64,000 bases of DNA from the human T2T-CHM13v2.0 reference genome, Homo sapiens, in NCBI RefSeq assembly GCF_009914755.1, contig NC_060937.1; one strand, given 5' to 3'. How positions within the stretch are numbered: position 1 is the first letter of the stretch; the number at the start of each line of letters is the position of its first letter. The translations under genes and the position numbers were made by a program. A model generated the notes under the pieces. It did not search any database. It was not told the origin of the DNA and was given only the letters and a program-made list of their open reading frames with translations. This document shows positions 18,274-34,360 of this stretch, piece by piece.

Positions 18274-19413
18274 TGACTTTTATAACTTTCCATTTTTGTG
18301 CTTATTGTAATTAAAAGAAAGCTAAAAATCCCTGGTATTTAGAACAAGCACATAATCAAGGAATCACATGTAGTTTGCCAAAAAGGAATTTATTTTATTT
18401 TCTGGTGTTATTGATAGAGTTCAGAAACATCATACAGAAACTTTCAGTGGAAAGCTCACTTAATTTACCAATTATAAGGTAACTTTTTAAAATGTAATTT
18501 ACTATGTATACAAAATGGAGCGTATATTTCAGATCCATTTTAATAGGAAGCAACTGTGCTACATGTAGCACCTCAAGAGTGTAGCCACTGAACACTTTAG
18601 CTACAAAATAAGTACTTAACTTGTAAGTCAAAACCAAACAGACTTTTCACAGAATGTCAAGTTTTATAACTCCACTAAAAAATGTAAAATACTTCTATTG
18701 CTTAGACATGAAAATCTTTGATTTTCAAACAGCTTCATGTCCACTACTGAGAACTTGAAGATGCATTGCTTCCTCTTTATAATTTGAAGAAAGCTATTAG
18801 ATTTTTGAGCACATAATGCTGAGAATAAAGCCACGAATGCACAGAATAAACACAAATAAATAAAGGTGTACAAAGAAAAAAAATTAGCATGGTAGTGCAT
18901 GCCCATAGTCCCAGCTACTTGGGAGGCTGGGGCAGTAGGATCACTTGAGCCCAGGAATTCGAGGCCACAGTGAGCTATGATCACGCCACTACACTCCAGC
19001 TTGGGTGACAAAGCAAGACCTCAACTCTTAAAAAAAAAAAAAAAAAAAATAGGTGGAGGAGGGAGGGAAGGAAGACAATCCCAGAAGATAACAAATGAGA
19101 ATTGTCAGAAAACCTTAGGCCTTTCCTTTTTGTTACTGTATGGTTCTCAATAGACATTTGTACTAAAAATCTTTTTTTCCCTTCAGCTTGCCATTGTACT
19201 TTTAGCTGTGCTTTCACTGGAAACTTAAAAGAAAGTCAATAAACCTCAGTAGATACTTCCTTACCAACTAGTGAAACCTAAATTTATTTTAAGTGGTTGT
19301 AAAAATTACATTATTCCACATTCACTGAATATACCAGCTATATGCCAAATGTAGCTACAGAATTAAGATACAAAGTCTCCAAGGTCAATGTGTCTCTGGT
19401 AACCTTAAAACAA

Positions 19414-19439
19414 ACACACACACACACACACACACACAC
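19414..19439 (+). repeat. (AC)13 microsatellite, read as (UG)n in the NUFIP1 pre-mRNA
   Basis: Read directly from sequence. Confidence 0.95.
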
Positions 19440-19503
19440 CCCAGTGGCTCTATCTTTATGATGTGAGAACACAAAGATTAGAACCTAAAGAAAAATAATT
19501 TAC

Positions 19504-19736
19504 CATTTCCAAGAGATATGGATGGTGTGTTCTTGGTTCGAATAACGTTTGATAGTTGTGATAATCTTTTTTCCTCTTAGGGTTTGTTTTTTCAAAGCTT
19601 TTCTTTCGGTTCTCACTCTTGGCTTCTGAAAAATTTCTAACAGTTGCTTTAACATCTTGACTTGGACTCTTAGGAGCACTGCTATCAAGAACCTGGTTTT
19701 CTGCCAAAACGTCTGCTTCAGTCTTGATGGGAGTTT
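19504..19736 (-). CDS. NUFIP1: NUFIP1 exon 9 (233 nt): (E)TPIKTEADVLAENQ...QTLFEPRTHHPYLLEM
   Basis: Acceptor CACACTTAG, donor ATG|GTAAAT; lies within ORF 19456..19806; phase 1 to phase 0. Confidence 0.96.
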
Positions 19737-19929
19737 CTAAGTGTGATGAAAAACAAACACAAAAATAAACAAAACAAAACAAAACAGGTAGACCTTTCAA
19801 AAGCAACCAACAAATCCATAATAATCCTCCTAGCCATAATATTGTTCACTTAATAACTTAAAACTATGAAAGATTTTTGCAAGGCATTTATAATGTATTC
19901 TAGTATTTTTCAAATTGGAAGCTGTAACT

Positions 19930-21800
19930 ACCAAAAATTGAGAAGACTACCATGAAGAGCTACAGAAAGTGATCTCTATGAAAGAAATAATGCCAGATGG
20001 AAACTTGGATCTATACAAAGGAAGGATAAGTGCTGGAAAAAGTAAATATGTGAATAAATATAAAAGACTTTTTCTCCTCATTGGCAAAATTTTAAAACTA
20101 AAGCAAAAATATTAAGTGTATGTGCAATTTATAACATCTATAGAAATAAAATCTCTGACAACAATAGTAAAAAGGCAGAAGGAATATGTAAGTAGTATAC
20201 ACTGTAAAATCTTAAATTACATGTGAAGTAGATATCATTTGAAAGTACACGATGAAAAGTTAAGCTGCATACTATAAACTGCAGACCAACTCCTAAAAAG
20301 TAAAACAAAGAAGTCAAAAGGATGAAAGAAGATACCAAGCATATACCAATCACATGAACGCCGAAAGTCTGTATTAATGTCAGACAAAAAAGACTTCAGA
20401 ACAGTGAACATCACCAGGGATGAAGTGGAACAGTTCATAATGCTAAAGGGGTCAATTCGTCAATAAGACAAAGAATAACACCTAAGAACAGATTTTCAAT
20501 ATGCATTGCAGCGAAAACTGATAGAACTGAGAAGAGAATTAGACAAATCCATTATTATGATTGAATATTGAACGTTCCAATCTCAGTAATTAAAGAAAAA
20601 TTGGACAGAAAATTCGTAGGGATACAAAATATCACTAACGATTAACTCAAATTGACAAAGAACACCCGACCTAATACATTTTCTTGTCAAGTTCATATGA
20701 ACATTTACCTTGTGTTGGGCCATAAAATAAGTATCAATAAATTGAAGAAATTGAAAGTATAGAGATATGTTCTCTGACTGTAGCAGAATTAAACTAAAAT
20801 CATTAACAGAAAACTAGCTAGAAAACCCCCAAATATTTAGAAACTAAACAACACACTTCTAAATAATCCAAGAGTTAAAGAACAAATCATAAGAGAGATT
20901 AGGAAATATTTTGAAATAAATAAAAATGAAAACATAATGTATCATATTTGTGGACTACAGCTAAAGCAGTTCATGAAGGTACATTTATGGCTTTCAATGC
21001 TTAAATTAGAAATGAGAAAAGTCTAAAATCAATTATCTATGCTTCTACTGTAATGTGTAGGGTCTGAGGAAAGAGGAAATACTAAAAAGTGAAAATCAGT
21101 GGATTAGAGTGAAAATCAATGACAACAGAGAAAAACCAACAAAACCAGAAGTTGGTTCTTTGAAAAGATTAATAAAATTAATAAATGCACCAAGACTTTT
21201 TGAGAAAAAGAGAAAAAAATCAATTAACAACTTGAGAAATAAAAGAGGAGGACATCATTATAGATCCTACAGATATCACAGGAAATATTATGAACTATAT
21301 ACCAATAAATTAACAACTTAGGTGAAGCAAATTCTTTTGAAAAACACAAATCATCAAAACCCACTCAAGAAGAAATAGGAAAATATGAATAGTCCTGGAC
21401 CTATTAATGAAATTTAATTCATAATTTAAAACTTTCCCAAAAACAAAATGCCAGGTTCAGATGGCTTCACTACTGAATTCTACAAACAAGAAACAAAAAG
21501 AAAAACTGGTAGAAATCCTACACAAACCCTTAAAAAAGAGGAGGAAATAGATCCCTACTCATACCAAATCTCTTACAATAAAAGAAAACCATAGACTAAT
21601 ATCCCTCATGAACATGTATGCAAAACTCCTTAATAAAATATTAGATCAAATCCATCAATGTATTAAAAGGGTAATAGACCATGACCAAGTAGATTTTATC
21701 CTGGGAATACAGGCTGGTTTGACATTTGAAAATCAATTGACATTTCACCATTATTAACAGAATAAAGGAGAAAAACCATATGAACAGTTGAAAATTCACA
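19930..21800 (+). mobile_element. Old L1M ORF2 relic (endonuclease to RT region)
   Basis: CCAGGTTCAGATGGCTTCACTACTGAATTCTAC, CATGACCAAGTAGATTTTATCCTGGGAATACAGGCTGGTTTGACAT are ORF2 motifs; many stops. Confidence 0.85.
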
Positions 21801-23117
21801 AATTTTAAGCTCAGAATCTTCACCTCTCCCCACTCCCCAATAGTTATACTATTTACTTACTATGAATCAGTGTGATATGATATAAAGAATTCTATTCTAG
21901 AAGTTGGGAGACAGGGTTCAATTGCCTAGACAAGAGTGGCAAAACCCATAATACTCAAACATTACATAGGACTGAATGTAGAAATTATATTTGAAAAGAA
22001 GTATAGGGACAAGTGTTAAAAGCAGACTCTGGTGCCAGACTGTTAGGTTCAAATCCTAGTTCCATCATTTACTAGCTGTGTGACCTTTGGGCAAGCTACT
22101 TATCTCTACCTAAATCTCTTCATCTATAAAATAGAGATGATAAATAAGAAAAACCAGGACACTATTTTCTATTATTCCCTTCCCCTCAAGTATCGATCAC
22201 TCAATTCAGGAACACAAAGTCAAATGAATCAGAGCTTATAATTGTCAATTTTCTGCTAAGAAATGAGGACGGGACTAACATTTATATTTTTCTCTTTCTT
22301 GAGATTTACAACATTTCCCAGATAAGTATCATATATTAATGTAATGTTCACCAATTAAATTTTAAATATAGCTCATTCAGTTCTATCAAACATTTAACAC
22401 CCTTTTTGGTTTGTGGCCTTCTGAAATAGTCTTTAATTTGGAAATCTCCCCCATTATAGCCAAATCAGTTTGAGGAAACATAATTTTGGGGAGTTGTAAA
22501 ACTGTGCTTAAATTCTAACACAGTTAAAAAAATGCTAAAATGCTAACATGCAGAATAGATATTAAACCAACCCATTTGGAAGTATTTCTTATTAAATTTG
22601 TATCTTAGTGATTCTTACAGACCCTGATGTGAGTATTACCTCTTCCTTTGCTTCAGTCTTACTTGAGGGACACTTTCCTTGTTTAAATATCTTTCCAGAA
22701 AAATGCTATCCATGTTTAAGATTCCAAACACTTTCATGCTAATTCTTAAGTCAAGACAGATCTTAATTATGAAGACACAATTGTTAAACTCAGGAAGAAA
22801 CAGATTGTTCCTATATATTTAGAATCCAGGTAAATAAGCAGCCTTCTAGATACTATTTCATGGTTAAAAGACCACTTTGTTTCCTTGGTATTATTTATTT
22901 AAAACTCCCTATGTGTCAATATCCCATCCTAGAGCCCAGAATTAATACTGAAAGCTAGAAATTTGCTAGTGACCTGGATGGCTTAATAAAGCTGAATTCA
23001 AATTATATAAAATAATTCTTAAGACTTAGGAATGTGAAGCAAGGGTTTTTTCCTTAAAGCAGGACATTTTAACAATTAGTCAAAATACATTCATACAAAA
23101 TCTTATATATAGTTTAA

Positions 23118-24503
<1,386 letters not shown>

Positions 24504-25174
24504 CATCCAATTACATTTGAATCTTCTCTTCATTCTATATAAACACTTTTAGACCTGTATTCTTATTCTCAGCACAGCTCCTACTTTGATTACACATCTT
24601 GTCCTGAGACATAGACATGAATTTTCTCACGGCTGGTAAAGTCTAAATAAAATGACCACACAGAGCCAGGTGTCCACAACAGTGGAACATAGATTTATTC
24701 ATTAAACATATGCTGGATTATTGATATAAACCTTGGATTAAAAACTGCTACACTGCATCAGATCAAGAGCCTACTCATGGCTCTTTCAGGTAGCCCTGAA
24801 AGAGATGCTGAAGGAAATTAAACTGGTTTATCACAATTAAATTTCACAATGAAGCCTCACACGTTACCATCCGTAACATCATCTTTAAAGGTAAGACATG
24901 TATTCTGAAAGTTACTGACTTCTCAGAAAGACTCTTGAAAAGATTCAATTTCTTCCGACCTTTAAAATGCACAAGCTAATGCAGACACAAGTATAAGGTT
25001 GTTGTGTTTTCCAAATGAGATAATTTATGTAAATATGCTCTAGGAAGAACAATGCCCTATATGCATTAAAAAAATTGTATCACACTCTTTGTCATAAAAG
25101 ATCTCTCTCCATCTACCAAAGATGCTATAAACACGTTATAACAAGGGTTCTTCAGAGCAGAGAGAAAAAAATGA

Positions 25175-25563
<389 letters not shown>

Positions 25564-25784
25564 TATATTGTATTTTTTTGCCTTTTTATTCCCAGAGTAG
25601 CAACACATTTCTTTATTACTCCAGAGTTCCTTTAACCCATGTTAACTTTACTTCTGATTCAAATGGAAAAGGAATTTGAAAACCAAATAAAGGATGCACA
25701 TCCTGGATGTTATTAATGCGCAGCATGCACAAAAGGCAAAAAGCAACAAAACAAAACCCTGTAACAACACACACCATGACTTAC

Positions 25785-25901
25785 CTTCTGGCTCACTCTC
25801 TGACCCTGAAAGACTGCCATAGCTACTCATTAGTGAGCATAGGGCTGGTGTCACTTCCTTGGGTATCACAGAATGTTGTGGTTTCTCCTCCTTATCAGAC
25901 T
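25785..25901 (-). CDS. NUFIP1: NUFIP1 exon 8 (117 nt): (E)SDKEEKPQHSVIPKEVTPALCSLMSSYGSLSGSESEPE
   Basis: Acceptor CTTTTCCCTTCAG, donor AAG|GTAAGT; overlaps ORF 25648..25869; phase 1-1. Confidence 0.96.
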
Positions 25902-26384
25902 CTGAAGGGAAAAGAAGTCAGATTCAAAACATCTACCACCATAAAAAAGCTGTCCATCCCCCATTCCCTCATTTGTTAGTGAAAATTAAGTAATTTCTGA
26001 TCATTTCCTTAATCTTTCCAAAAGACTAATTCTAGGGGGCCAGAAACACTTCCCCTTGGTTTAGACATCTTCATGGGCCAAGAAACCATTTGCCCCAGAG
26101 GAGACAGTGAGGGAAAAGGAAGCTATATAGAGCTCAGTTACTTAGCATGCTTCACAGGTTATACAATCTGAGCATACTCTAAATTAACTTAATTACATAG
26201 TCTTTGCTGTTCATTTACAGGTAGTAGGAAGACCCAAACTTTATTTAACTTCACTGGATTGGGATCACTGCCTCTGAAAATTAGGTTTAGAAATAAATGA
26301 AGTATTAAAATACCTATGCTTTTAACTGTTTTTAAGACTGTTTTTGGGGATCCAAATAATATTCAAAGCATTCTATAGGCTTAG

Positions 26385-26710
<326 letters not shown>

Positions 26711-27701
26711 CACTCAAAGTTTTTATTATTTAAAACTTCTAAGAACTTAAATAAACAAGGCAACCATGAGAATTTACCAAGCATAATACTAAAGTGCCTG
26801 CCAAATATAAAGTGTTTGATCCAGGCCCAGCAAGCCTAGTTGTAGCCCCAGGACACCACCTATTACATTTCTTTTTGGCAGCTCTAACAATCTAGTAACT
26901 CTATTCTAGACAACCAATAAAAATAAGGCCTCACTGAAGACAATAAGTAATTTGTCTATTTAATTAACCAACTCAACCTAAAACCAATATAAAATGTTTC
27001 AAGACTAAGCATTTAATGTTCACCAAGTCAGTCTAGGGGAAACCAAAGCATGCCAGTAGGAAATGGGAATATCTTTCTATGTGAATGTTCAACTGCCACC
27101 TTCTGCTGGATGGAGCTAAATCCTCTCTCCTCACTACACACCATCACACCTATAAAAGTACTCCTTGTCAATTTTAAGCTAAGTTACCTTTACTCCTTGA
27201 TTAATAAAGGGAAAGGAAAGTATGAAGTTTATGTGAATTACTAGTAGATTAAGCAGAAATCCACCACAGTGTTAGTATGGAGACTTCCCATTCATTGGCT
27301 GAATGATGAAAGAAAAAACTGCAGCATTTATTTCCAAGACTCAAAGAGAGGTAACAAAAAGTACAGTAATAGTTGAATATTATGCTCTTCAAAAGCATGA
27401 TCTGACCTAATCCTTATGAGGTATGTGATGAGGGATGAAACAAAAATCCAGAGAATTTGAGTAACCTTTCCTTAAGATAACTATAAATCAGTTGGGTCAA
27501 ATTTAAAGCCTGGCTATCTGACTCCAAATCCAAATTGTTACCAGTGAGCTAGAATGCTTCCCACAGACAAAGTCTTCTTAAAATGAAGCCATCCTATCAA
27601 AGTGTCTTTATGGTCCACAATAATGCTAATAATGTCTCCCAGCTATAGCTCCATTTCTTTCCTCCCTTTTATAGTAAAACTCCAAACAGTTATTTGATAT
27701 G

Positions 27702-28030
27702 CAATCATACCTTGGAGATATTGTAGATTTGGTTCCAGACCACTGCAATCAAGTGAATATGGCAATAAAGTAAGTCACACAAATTTTCTGGTTTCTCAGG
27801 GCATATAAAAGTTATGTTTACACTATACTGTAGCATATGAAGTGTGCAATAGCATTATGTCTTAAAAAATGTACCTTAATTTAAAAATATTTCATTGCTA
27901 AAAAATGCTAAAACTCATCTGAGACTTCAGGGGATTGTGATATTTTTGCTGATGGAGGGTACTGTCTTGATGTTGCTGGCTGCTGACTGATCAGGGTTGT
28001 GGTCACTAAAGGCTGGGGTGACTGTGGCAG
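27702..28030 (-). mobile_element. Tigger1 3'-end fragment
   Basis: CATACCTTGGAGATATTGTAGATTTGGTTCCAGACCACTGCAAT matches the Tigger1 terminal region. Confidence 0.75.
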
Positions 28031-28204
28031 TCTCTCTGCCTTGACTGCTATTCCCTTAGGTATCAGCCTCGCATTTCATTCAGATGTCTTAATGTCACCT
28101 TATTAGAGATGCCTTTACTGATCACTTCAGATAAAAGCACATATCCCCTTTTCTGACCACCATTCTCTATTATTTTACTCAGCTTCAATCATCTTGATAA
28201 TTCT

Positions 28205-28486
28205 GTTTTTTTGTTTTTGTTTTTGTTTGAGACAGAGTTTCACTCTGCTGCCCAGGCTGGAGTGCAGTGCATTCTACCTCCTGAGTTCAAGCGATTCTCC
28301 CCTTAGCCTCCTAAGTAGCTGGAATTACAGGCACGTGCCACCACACCAGGCTAATTTTTGTATTTTTAGTAGAGACGGAGTTTCACCCTGTTGGCCAGGC
28401 TGGTCTCGAACTCCTTACCTCAAATGATCTGCTCACTTTGGCCTTCCAAAGTGCTGGGATTACAGGCATGAGCCACTATGCCCAGC
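28205..28486 (-). mobile_element. Alu with internal deletion
   Basis: Reverse dimer missing part of the right arm after GGAGTGCAGTG. Confidence 0.85.
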
Positions 28487-28634
28487 TCCCACATTTTCTA
28501 TATTACTTTTATAATCAGAAAATAACAGAAAAAAATAAAAACAAAGGGAAATTGACTCTGGAAAACTGTATTCTTCACAATCCAATTCATGAAGCCGAGG
28601 GCAAGGCTTTAATGTCCTTTCCCTCCTCCCTTCT

Positions 28635-29880
28635 TTTTTAAACTTTGTATTTTGAAACAATTTTGGATTTATACAAATGTTGCAAAGATAGTACAGAGTC
28701 TCCATATATCCTTCATCCAGCTTCCCTGATGTTACCATCTGACATAACCAAAGTACTTTATGATAGCTAAGAAGTTAACACTGGTACCACACTAGTATTT
28801 AAACTATAGACTGTAATGTAATTTCACCAGCTTTTCCACTAACGTCCTTTTTTCTGTTCCAGGATACAATCTGCTATACTACATTGCATTCGGTTGTCAT
28901 GACTCCTTAATCTTCTTTAAATCTGTGACAGTTTCTCAGTCTTTCCTTGTTTTTCCTGAACTTGATACTTTGAAGATTATTGTCAGGTATTTTTAGAATG
29001 TCCCTCAGTTTGGGTCTGTCTGACATTTTTGAAGATTAGACTGAGGCTATGGATTTTGAGAAGGAATACCACAGAGATGTGCCCTTCTCATCACAACCCA
29101 GGTCCATAATATCAGTAGGACTTATTACTGGCAATGTTGACCTTGACCACTTTATGGTCTGCCTGCTTTCTCTACTACAAAGTTACTATTTTTCTCTTTC
29201 ATTATTCTATTTCTTGAAATGAGTTACTAAGTTTAGCTCACACTCCAGGGAAGAAGAATTAAGCTTCAACTCAAGTAAGGAATATCAAAGAATTTTCGAC
29301 ATATGTTAAAACCATGGTAATTAATAATTATTATAATTAATAAATATTTTGGGGGGAGATATTTTGAGGCTATAACAAATATTGTTTCATTTTAACGTTT
29401 CACCACTAATTTTACCATTCATCAGTGGATCTTGCCCAAAACAATTATTACTGTGGTGCTCTAATGCTGACTTGCTATTTCTCTCATTTCTTCTACATTT
29501 AATAATTAGAATTATTTTGTAAGAAAGACCTGTCCCTCCTCCCCCACATTTATTTATTTATTTAGGCACTCATATCAGTATAGACTCATGGGTATTTATT
29601 CTATTCTGAGGGTTATAATTTATTATTATTTATTTTGTGGCACCAATTGTTCCAACTTTGGCCCTTGGGAACTCTTTCTAGTATCCTTCTGACATACCCA
29701 CATCTTCACATTTTTTTAGCATTTTCTTACTTTCTGGCGCTATGAGATGCTCTAGGTTCAGCTTATATTTTCCCTGTCCCAACCCCAGAATCAGTCATTT
29801 CTCCAACAGGCTCTGGTTCCTTTACCTGGAGAATAGTATTTGGAAACCACAATTAGAGTGCTAGGTATACTTGTTCCTAG
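28635..29880 (-). mobile_element. L1MC/MB-type 3' UTR fragment
   Basis: T-rich old L1 3' end (TTTTGAAACAATTTTGGATTTATACAAATGTTGCAAAGATAGTACAGAG...). Confidence 0.7.
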
Positions 29881-31794
29881 GAGTGTCAAAGCTCACTATA
29901 CTTGACTTACCTAAAGGGTAAGTTACAAATTCACACAAATAAACAACTCTTTCCCTATTTTTTCTTCTCCACTCAGTTAAATGTTTAAGGGACAAACCAT
30001 ATGTAATAACACTTTGAAAAATACTGTCCTTTTGGCACTCTCAGAACATCTCCTACAGTAACTTTTCATCTTAAAAAGAAAGAAAGAAAGAAAGAAAAGT
30101 CCCTGGGATCTACCTAGTAGTTCTAATGCAGGCATTTTTAGCACCTATAGGTAAAGACTATGCTGAAGGCATTGTACTGGCTGACAAAATAATACTCAAG
30201 AAACTTCATTTTATAAAAACAGCTAAAACATCTTTCTAAACTGAAAATACCAGCATAGAGATAGCAGCAATTGATCTGACAGAACCAGACTTTAGCATTT
30301 TTATAAAATACGAGCTCAAACAATTTCTTTTACCATTAAAACATTAGCGACACTTTTCTTAGGGTAAATCTCACCTCTCTCGTATACACACATCATGTTC
30401 CCACCATCCCCCCCTAAAAAAATCTAATGCAATGATCTAAAAATTATTCTTAGACTATGAGTTTCTGGAAGGCAGGGAGACTCCTTTGAAATCCTCGGCA
30501 TTATAGTGGATTACAGTGCTGGGTAAGCCAAACGCAGGACCTTATAAATCCCCACTGAAAGGAAAGTAGCAAAATAACATTGCCCTTTGAATGCCTTGTC
30601 CGCTCTAAACACCAACTGTAAAAGCTTCCTATCTGGCTTCTTCCTGTAACTTATTTCTTTACTTACTTATCCGTACCCCCTGCCCACCAACCCCCATCCC
30701 ACGATTTCCTATTGCCTTTATGGAGCAAAGCACAATTATATGCTCTAGCCCAAGATTTGCAATTAAGTATTCTTTAAAAAATGCAATATATTTTCAAAGT
30801 CACCCTCAAAAATAGGGACTTTGCTTTATAGTCTCCAGCTCTCAAAGAAGACAGTTACCAGTGGGTATCCATGACACCTGATGTGCTGGGCCAGTTTATT
30901 TTCTTATTTTAATGCCTACCTTTAAAACAACCTAGGTTACGTGAGTGCATAGTTAGACTTACGTCCCAGTGTTCTACGACAATAGCTGTATTTCAACAAA
31001 TGACTAATAAGTTGGGTTGCCTTTGTCTTGTGGATGCTGAGGCACTTCAGTCACAGATGCTCAATGCTACCTTACTGACCCACTTTCTTCCTAGCTGAGA
31101 CAACTGACTTACTGTTTAAAACTACAGGCTAGGAAAGCCATAAACTTGTTGCATATATATTTTAAACAATGGCAACAAAATGAACTGGATGCTAACTAAT
31201 GAGATACCAAAATAAACAAAGAAAAAACAATCCTTAAGTTAGGCCAGTCAGCAGAATACACAAGGAAATAAAAAAATATGCTAGTAAGGAAATCTAATGA
31301 CAGACAATAAGCCACACTCAAAACTGATAAATTGGGAGACTTCTTTAAATAAAAGGCTTTCCCATCAAAACAATGTCAATTCTCAATTCAAAGTAGCTGC
31401 ACAATTACTGAGAGTACACATGGCACCAAATACAATACAGAAAAGGTGAACCCAGGCAATGATTTTCCAAGCATGATCTGAAAGTTATGAAGATCCTCTA
31501 GAACTTGAGTCTTGTTTAAAATGTGAGTGCTGATGTCTGGATTAAGTTCTGAGCCAGAAAAAGGCAAAAAATGGAAGCAATAGGGAGAGCTTTATTATTA
31601 AAGTGAGCTTAGTGCTGAAAAGTATCAACTGCCATATGAGAACAGTGGGTCTTGTTATCACAGTGCTGGCCGCTGGCCTGCCACTGACAACTTGAATAAC
31701 CAGATTTTAAGGTTGGCTGGCTCTTGCCCAAGGTAAGAGAAGCTGCCTCCAAACAAGTGGAAAACATATATTGGAGAGTGGAGAATATTTACGG

Positions 31795-32325
31795 CAGGGG
31801 TGTCCAATCTTTTGGCCTCCCTGGGCCGCATTGGAAGAACTGTCTTGGGCCACACATAAAATATACTAAGAACAGCTGATGAGCTTAAAAAAAAAAAAAT
31901 CACACAAAAGAATCTCATATTTTGGCCGGGCGCGGTGGCTCACGCCTGTAATCCCAGCACTTTGGGAGGCCGAGGCGGGTGGATCACGAGGTCAGGAGAT
32001 CGAGACCATCCTGGCTAACACGGTGAAACCCCGTCTCTACTAAAAATACAAAAAATTAGCCGGGCGAGGTGGCGGGCGCCTGTAGTCCCAGCTACTCGGG
32101 AGGCTGAGGCAGGAGAATGGTGTGAACCCCAGGGGGCAGAGCCTGCAGTGAGCCGAGATTGCGCCACTGCACTCCAGCCTGGGCGACAGCGAGACTCCGT
32201 CTCAAAAAAAAAAAAAAAAAAAAAGAATCTCATATTTTAAGGAAGTTTACAAATTTTTGTTGGGCTGCATTCAAAGCCATCCTTGGCTGCATGCAGTCCA
32301 TGGGCCATGGTTTGGACAAGCCTGA
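31795..32325 (+). mobile_element. MER30 MITE interrupted by an AluY-lineage element
   Basis: CAGGGGTGTCCAATCTTTTGGC...GGCCACACATAAAATA...GGTTTGGACAAGCCTG. Confidence 0.8.
31924..32224 (+). mobile_element. AluY-lineage element (AluYe-like)
   Basis: Variant sites GGGCGAGGTGG, GAACCCCAGGGGGCAGAGCCTGC, GCGACAGCGAGAC; TSD AAGAATCTCATATTTT. Confidence 0.85.
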
Positions 32326-32405
32326 CTTAGGACATATGAAAACAGGGGGATAGATTGTCTGTAGCTATACCTGCAGTGAAAAGTTAAAGAACCTATGGCC
32401 TAAAA

Positions 32406-32946
32406 CAACGGTCCCCAGCCTTTCTGGCACGAGGGACCAGTTTTGTGGAAGACAATTTTTCCAAAGACAGAGGGTGGGGGGTGGATTGGGGATGGTTTCA
32501 GGATGATTCAGCACATTACACTTACTGTGTACTTTATATTACTATTACATTGTAATATATAAAATAATTGTACAATGCACCATAATGTAGAATCAGTAGG
32601 AGCCCTGAGCTGTTTTCCTGCAACTAGACAGTCCCATCTTGGGATGATGGGAGACAGTGACAGATAATCAGGCATTAGATTCTCATAAGAAGCACACAAC
32701 CTAAATCCCTCACGTGCACAGTTCACAATAGGGTTCACGCTCCTATGAGAATCTAATGCTGCTGCTGATCTGACAGGAGGCGGAGCTCACAGGTAGTAAG
32801 GCAGGCAACAGGGAATGTGTAAATACAGATGAAGCCATGCTTGCTCGCTGCTCCCCGCCTCCCCATCCCCGCTCCCCCCTGGGGTTCCTAACAGGCTAAG
32901 GAACTGTACCAGGTACCAGTCTGTGCCCAGGGGTTAAGAACCCCTG
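32406..32946 (+). mobile_element. MER1A hAT-Charlie element
   Basis: GGTCCCCAGCCTTTCTGGCACGAGGGACCAGTTTTGTGGAAGACAATTTTTCC...AACCCCTG; approximate 8-bp TSD G(C/T)CTAAAA. Confidence 0.8.
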
Positions 32947-33227
32947 GTCTAAAACAGATTTGGAAAATGTCAAAGTCCAGAGGAAATCCCAGGTAAAGGA
33001 TAAGGTGAATTTAAATGACAGCTTTCCTACAAACTTAAGCTACCATAATTTGATCATTGGCATTGTGATTTCCTTGGTTATAATACAATATTATAAAAAT
33101 TAATAAATTTTTAAATATTCAAAATTATAAATTTGTAGTCTATATGGGTAATTTTTATATTCAAGATACAGGTTCTCATCTTTGACACTCGAAATAGGCA
33201 TGTTCCCATCCTTGACCCTCATTATAG

Positions 33228-33663
<436 letters not shown>

Positions 33664-34304
33664 TAAGGCATCTACTGAGGACTAAGACAAGCTTAAATAG
33701 AAGCAAGATACAATCGTCTTTTAGTTGGTGTTTTACCAGATTAGTATATACTGAAATACTTTTTTTTTTTAAATAAAAAGGGAAAACAGAATTAACCATC
33801 TACCAAAGCTAAGTTAACAAAATGAAGAACAACAAAGACTATCCAATATCGGTCTTAGAGTCCTTCAAGTGTTCATTTAGAAAATTGCACAAAGTAAAAG
33901 ATTTACATAATTTTCAAATTAGTAACTTACTGATTATAATGGTAGTCTTCACATTTGTGTTTTAAGTGTTTTAATGACATAAAAGCTTATATTTGAGTAC
34001 AGATGGTCTTTTGTCATCAAGGCCACACATTACAAGTCTGAAGAAGCATGTGAGCTCTCTCTAAAATTTTTTGAAAGAAAACAAACAAAAAATCAGTGCC
34101 CAAGAGTACACTCAGCACTGGCTCAAAATATCATCTGCCTTTTTCTTGCTCTCTCTCACATCTCAACTATCCTAGACTCAAACAATATTTTTTTATACAA
34201 ATTCAGACTTCATATTTAGAGGATGTGTAGTGTACTGGTGGAGTGAGACTCATATGTTCAAATTCTCATTCTGCCACTAATGAGCAGAATGACTAAGATA
34301 AACT

Positions 34305-34360
34305 ATTAGGTTGATGCAAAAGTAACTGCATTTTTTACTATTACTTTCAATGGCATAAAC
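34305..34360 (+). mobile_element. MADE1 (mariner MITE) partial copy inside a MIR
   Basis: TATTAGGTTGATGCAAAAGTAACTGCATTTTTTACTATTACTTTCAATGGCA versus MADE1 TTAGGTTGGTGCAAAAGTAATTGCGGTTTTTGCCATTACTTTTAATGGC. Confidence 0.7.

Noticed and set aside
21109-21321. L1 ORF2-like peptide
   Set aside because: Decayed L1M relic with frameshifts.
30955-31135. Two further minus-strand GTAAGT donors in intron 7
   Set aside because: Weak exonic context and no convincing paired acceptor; such hexamers occur at background frequency.
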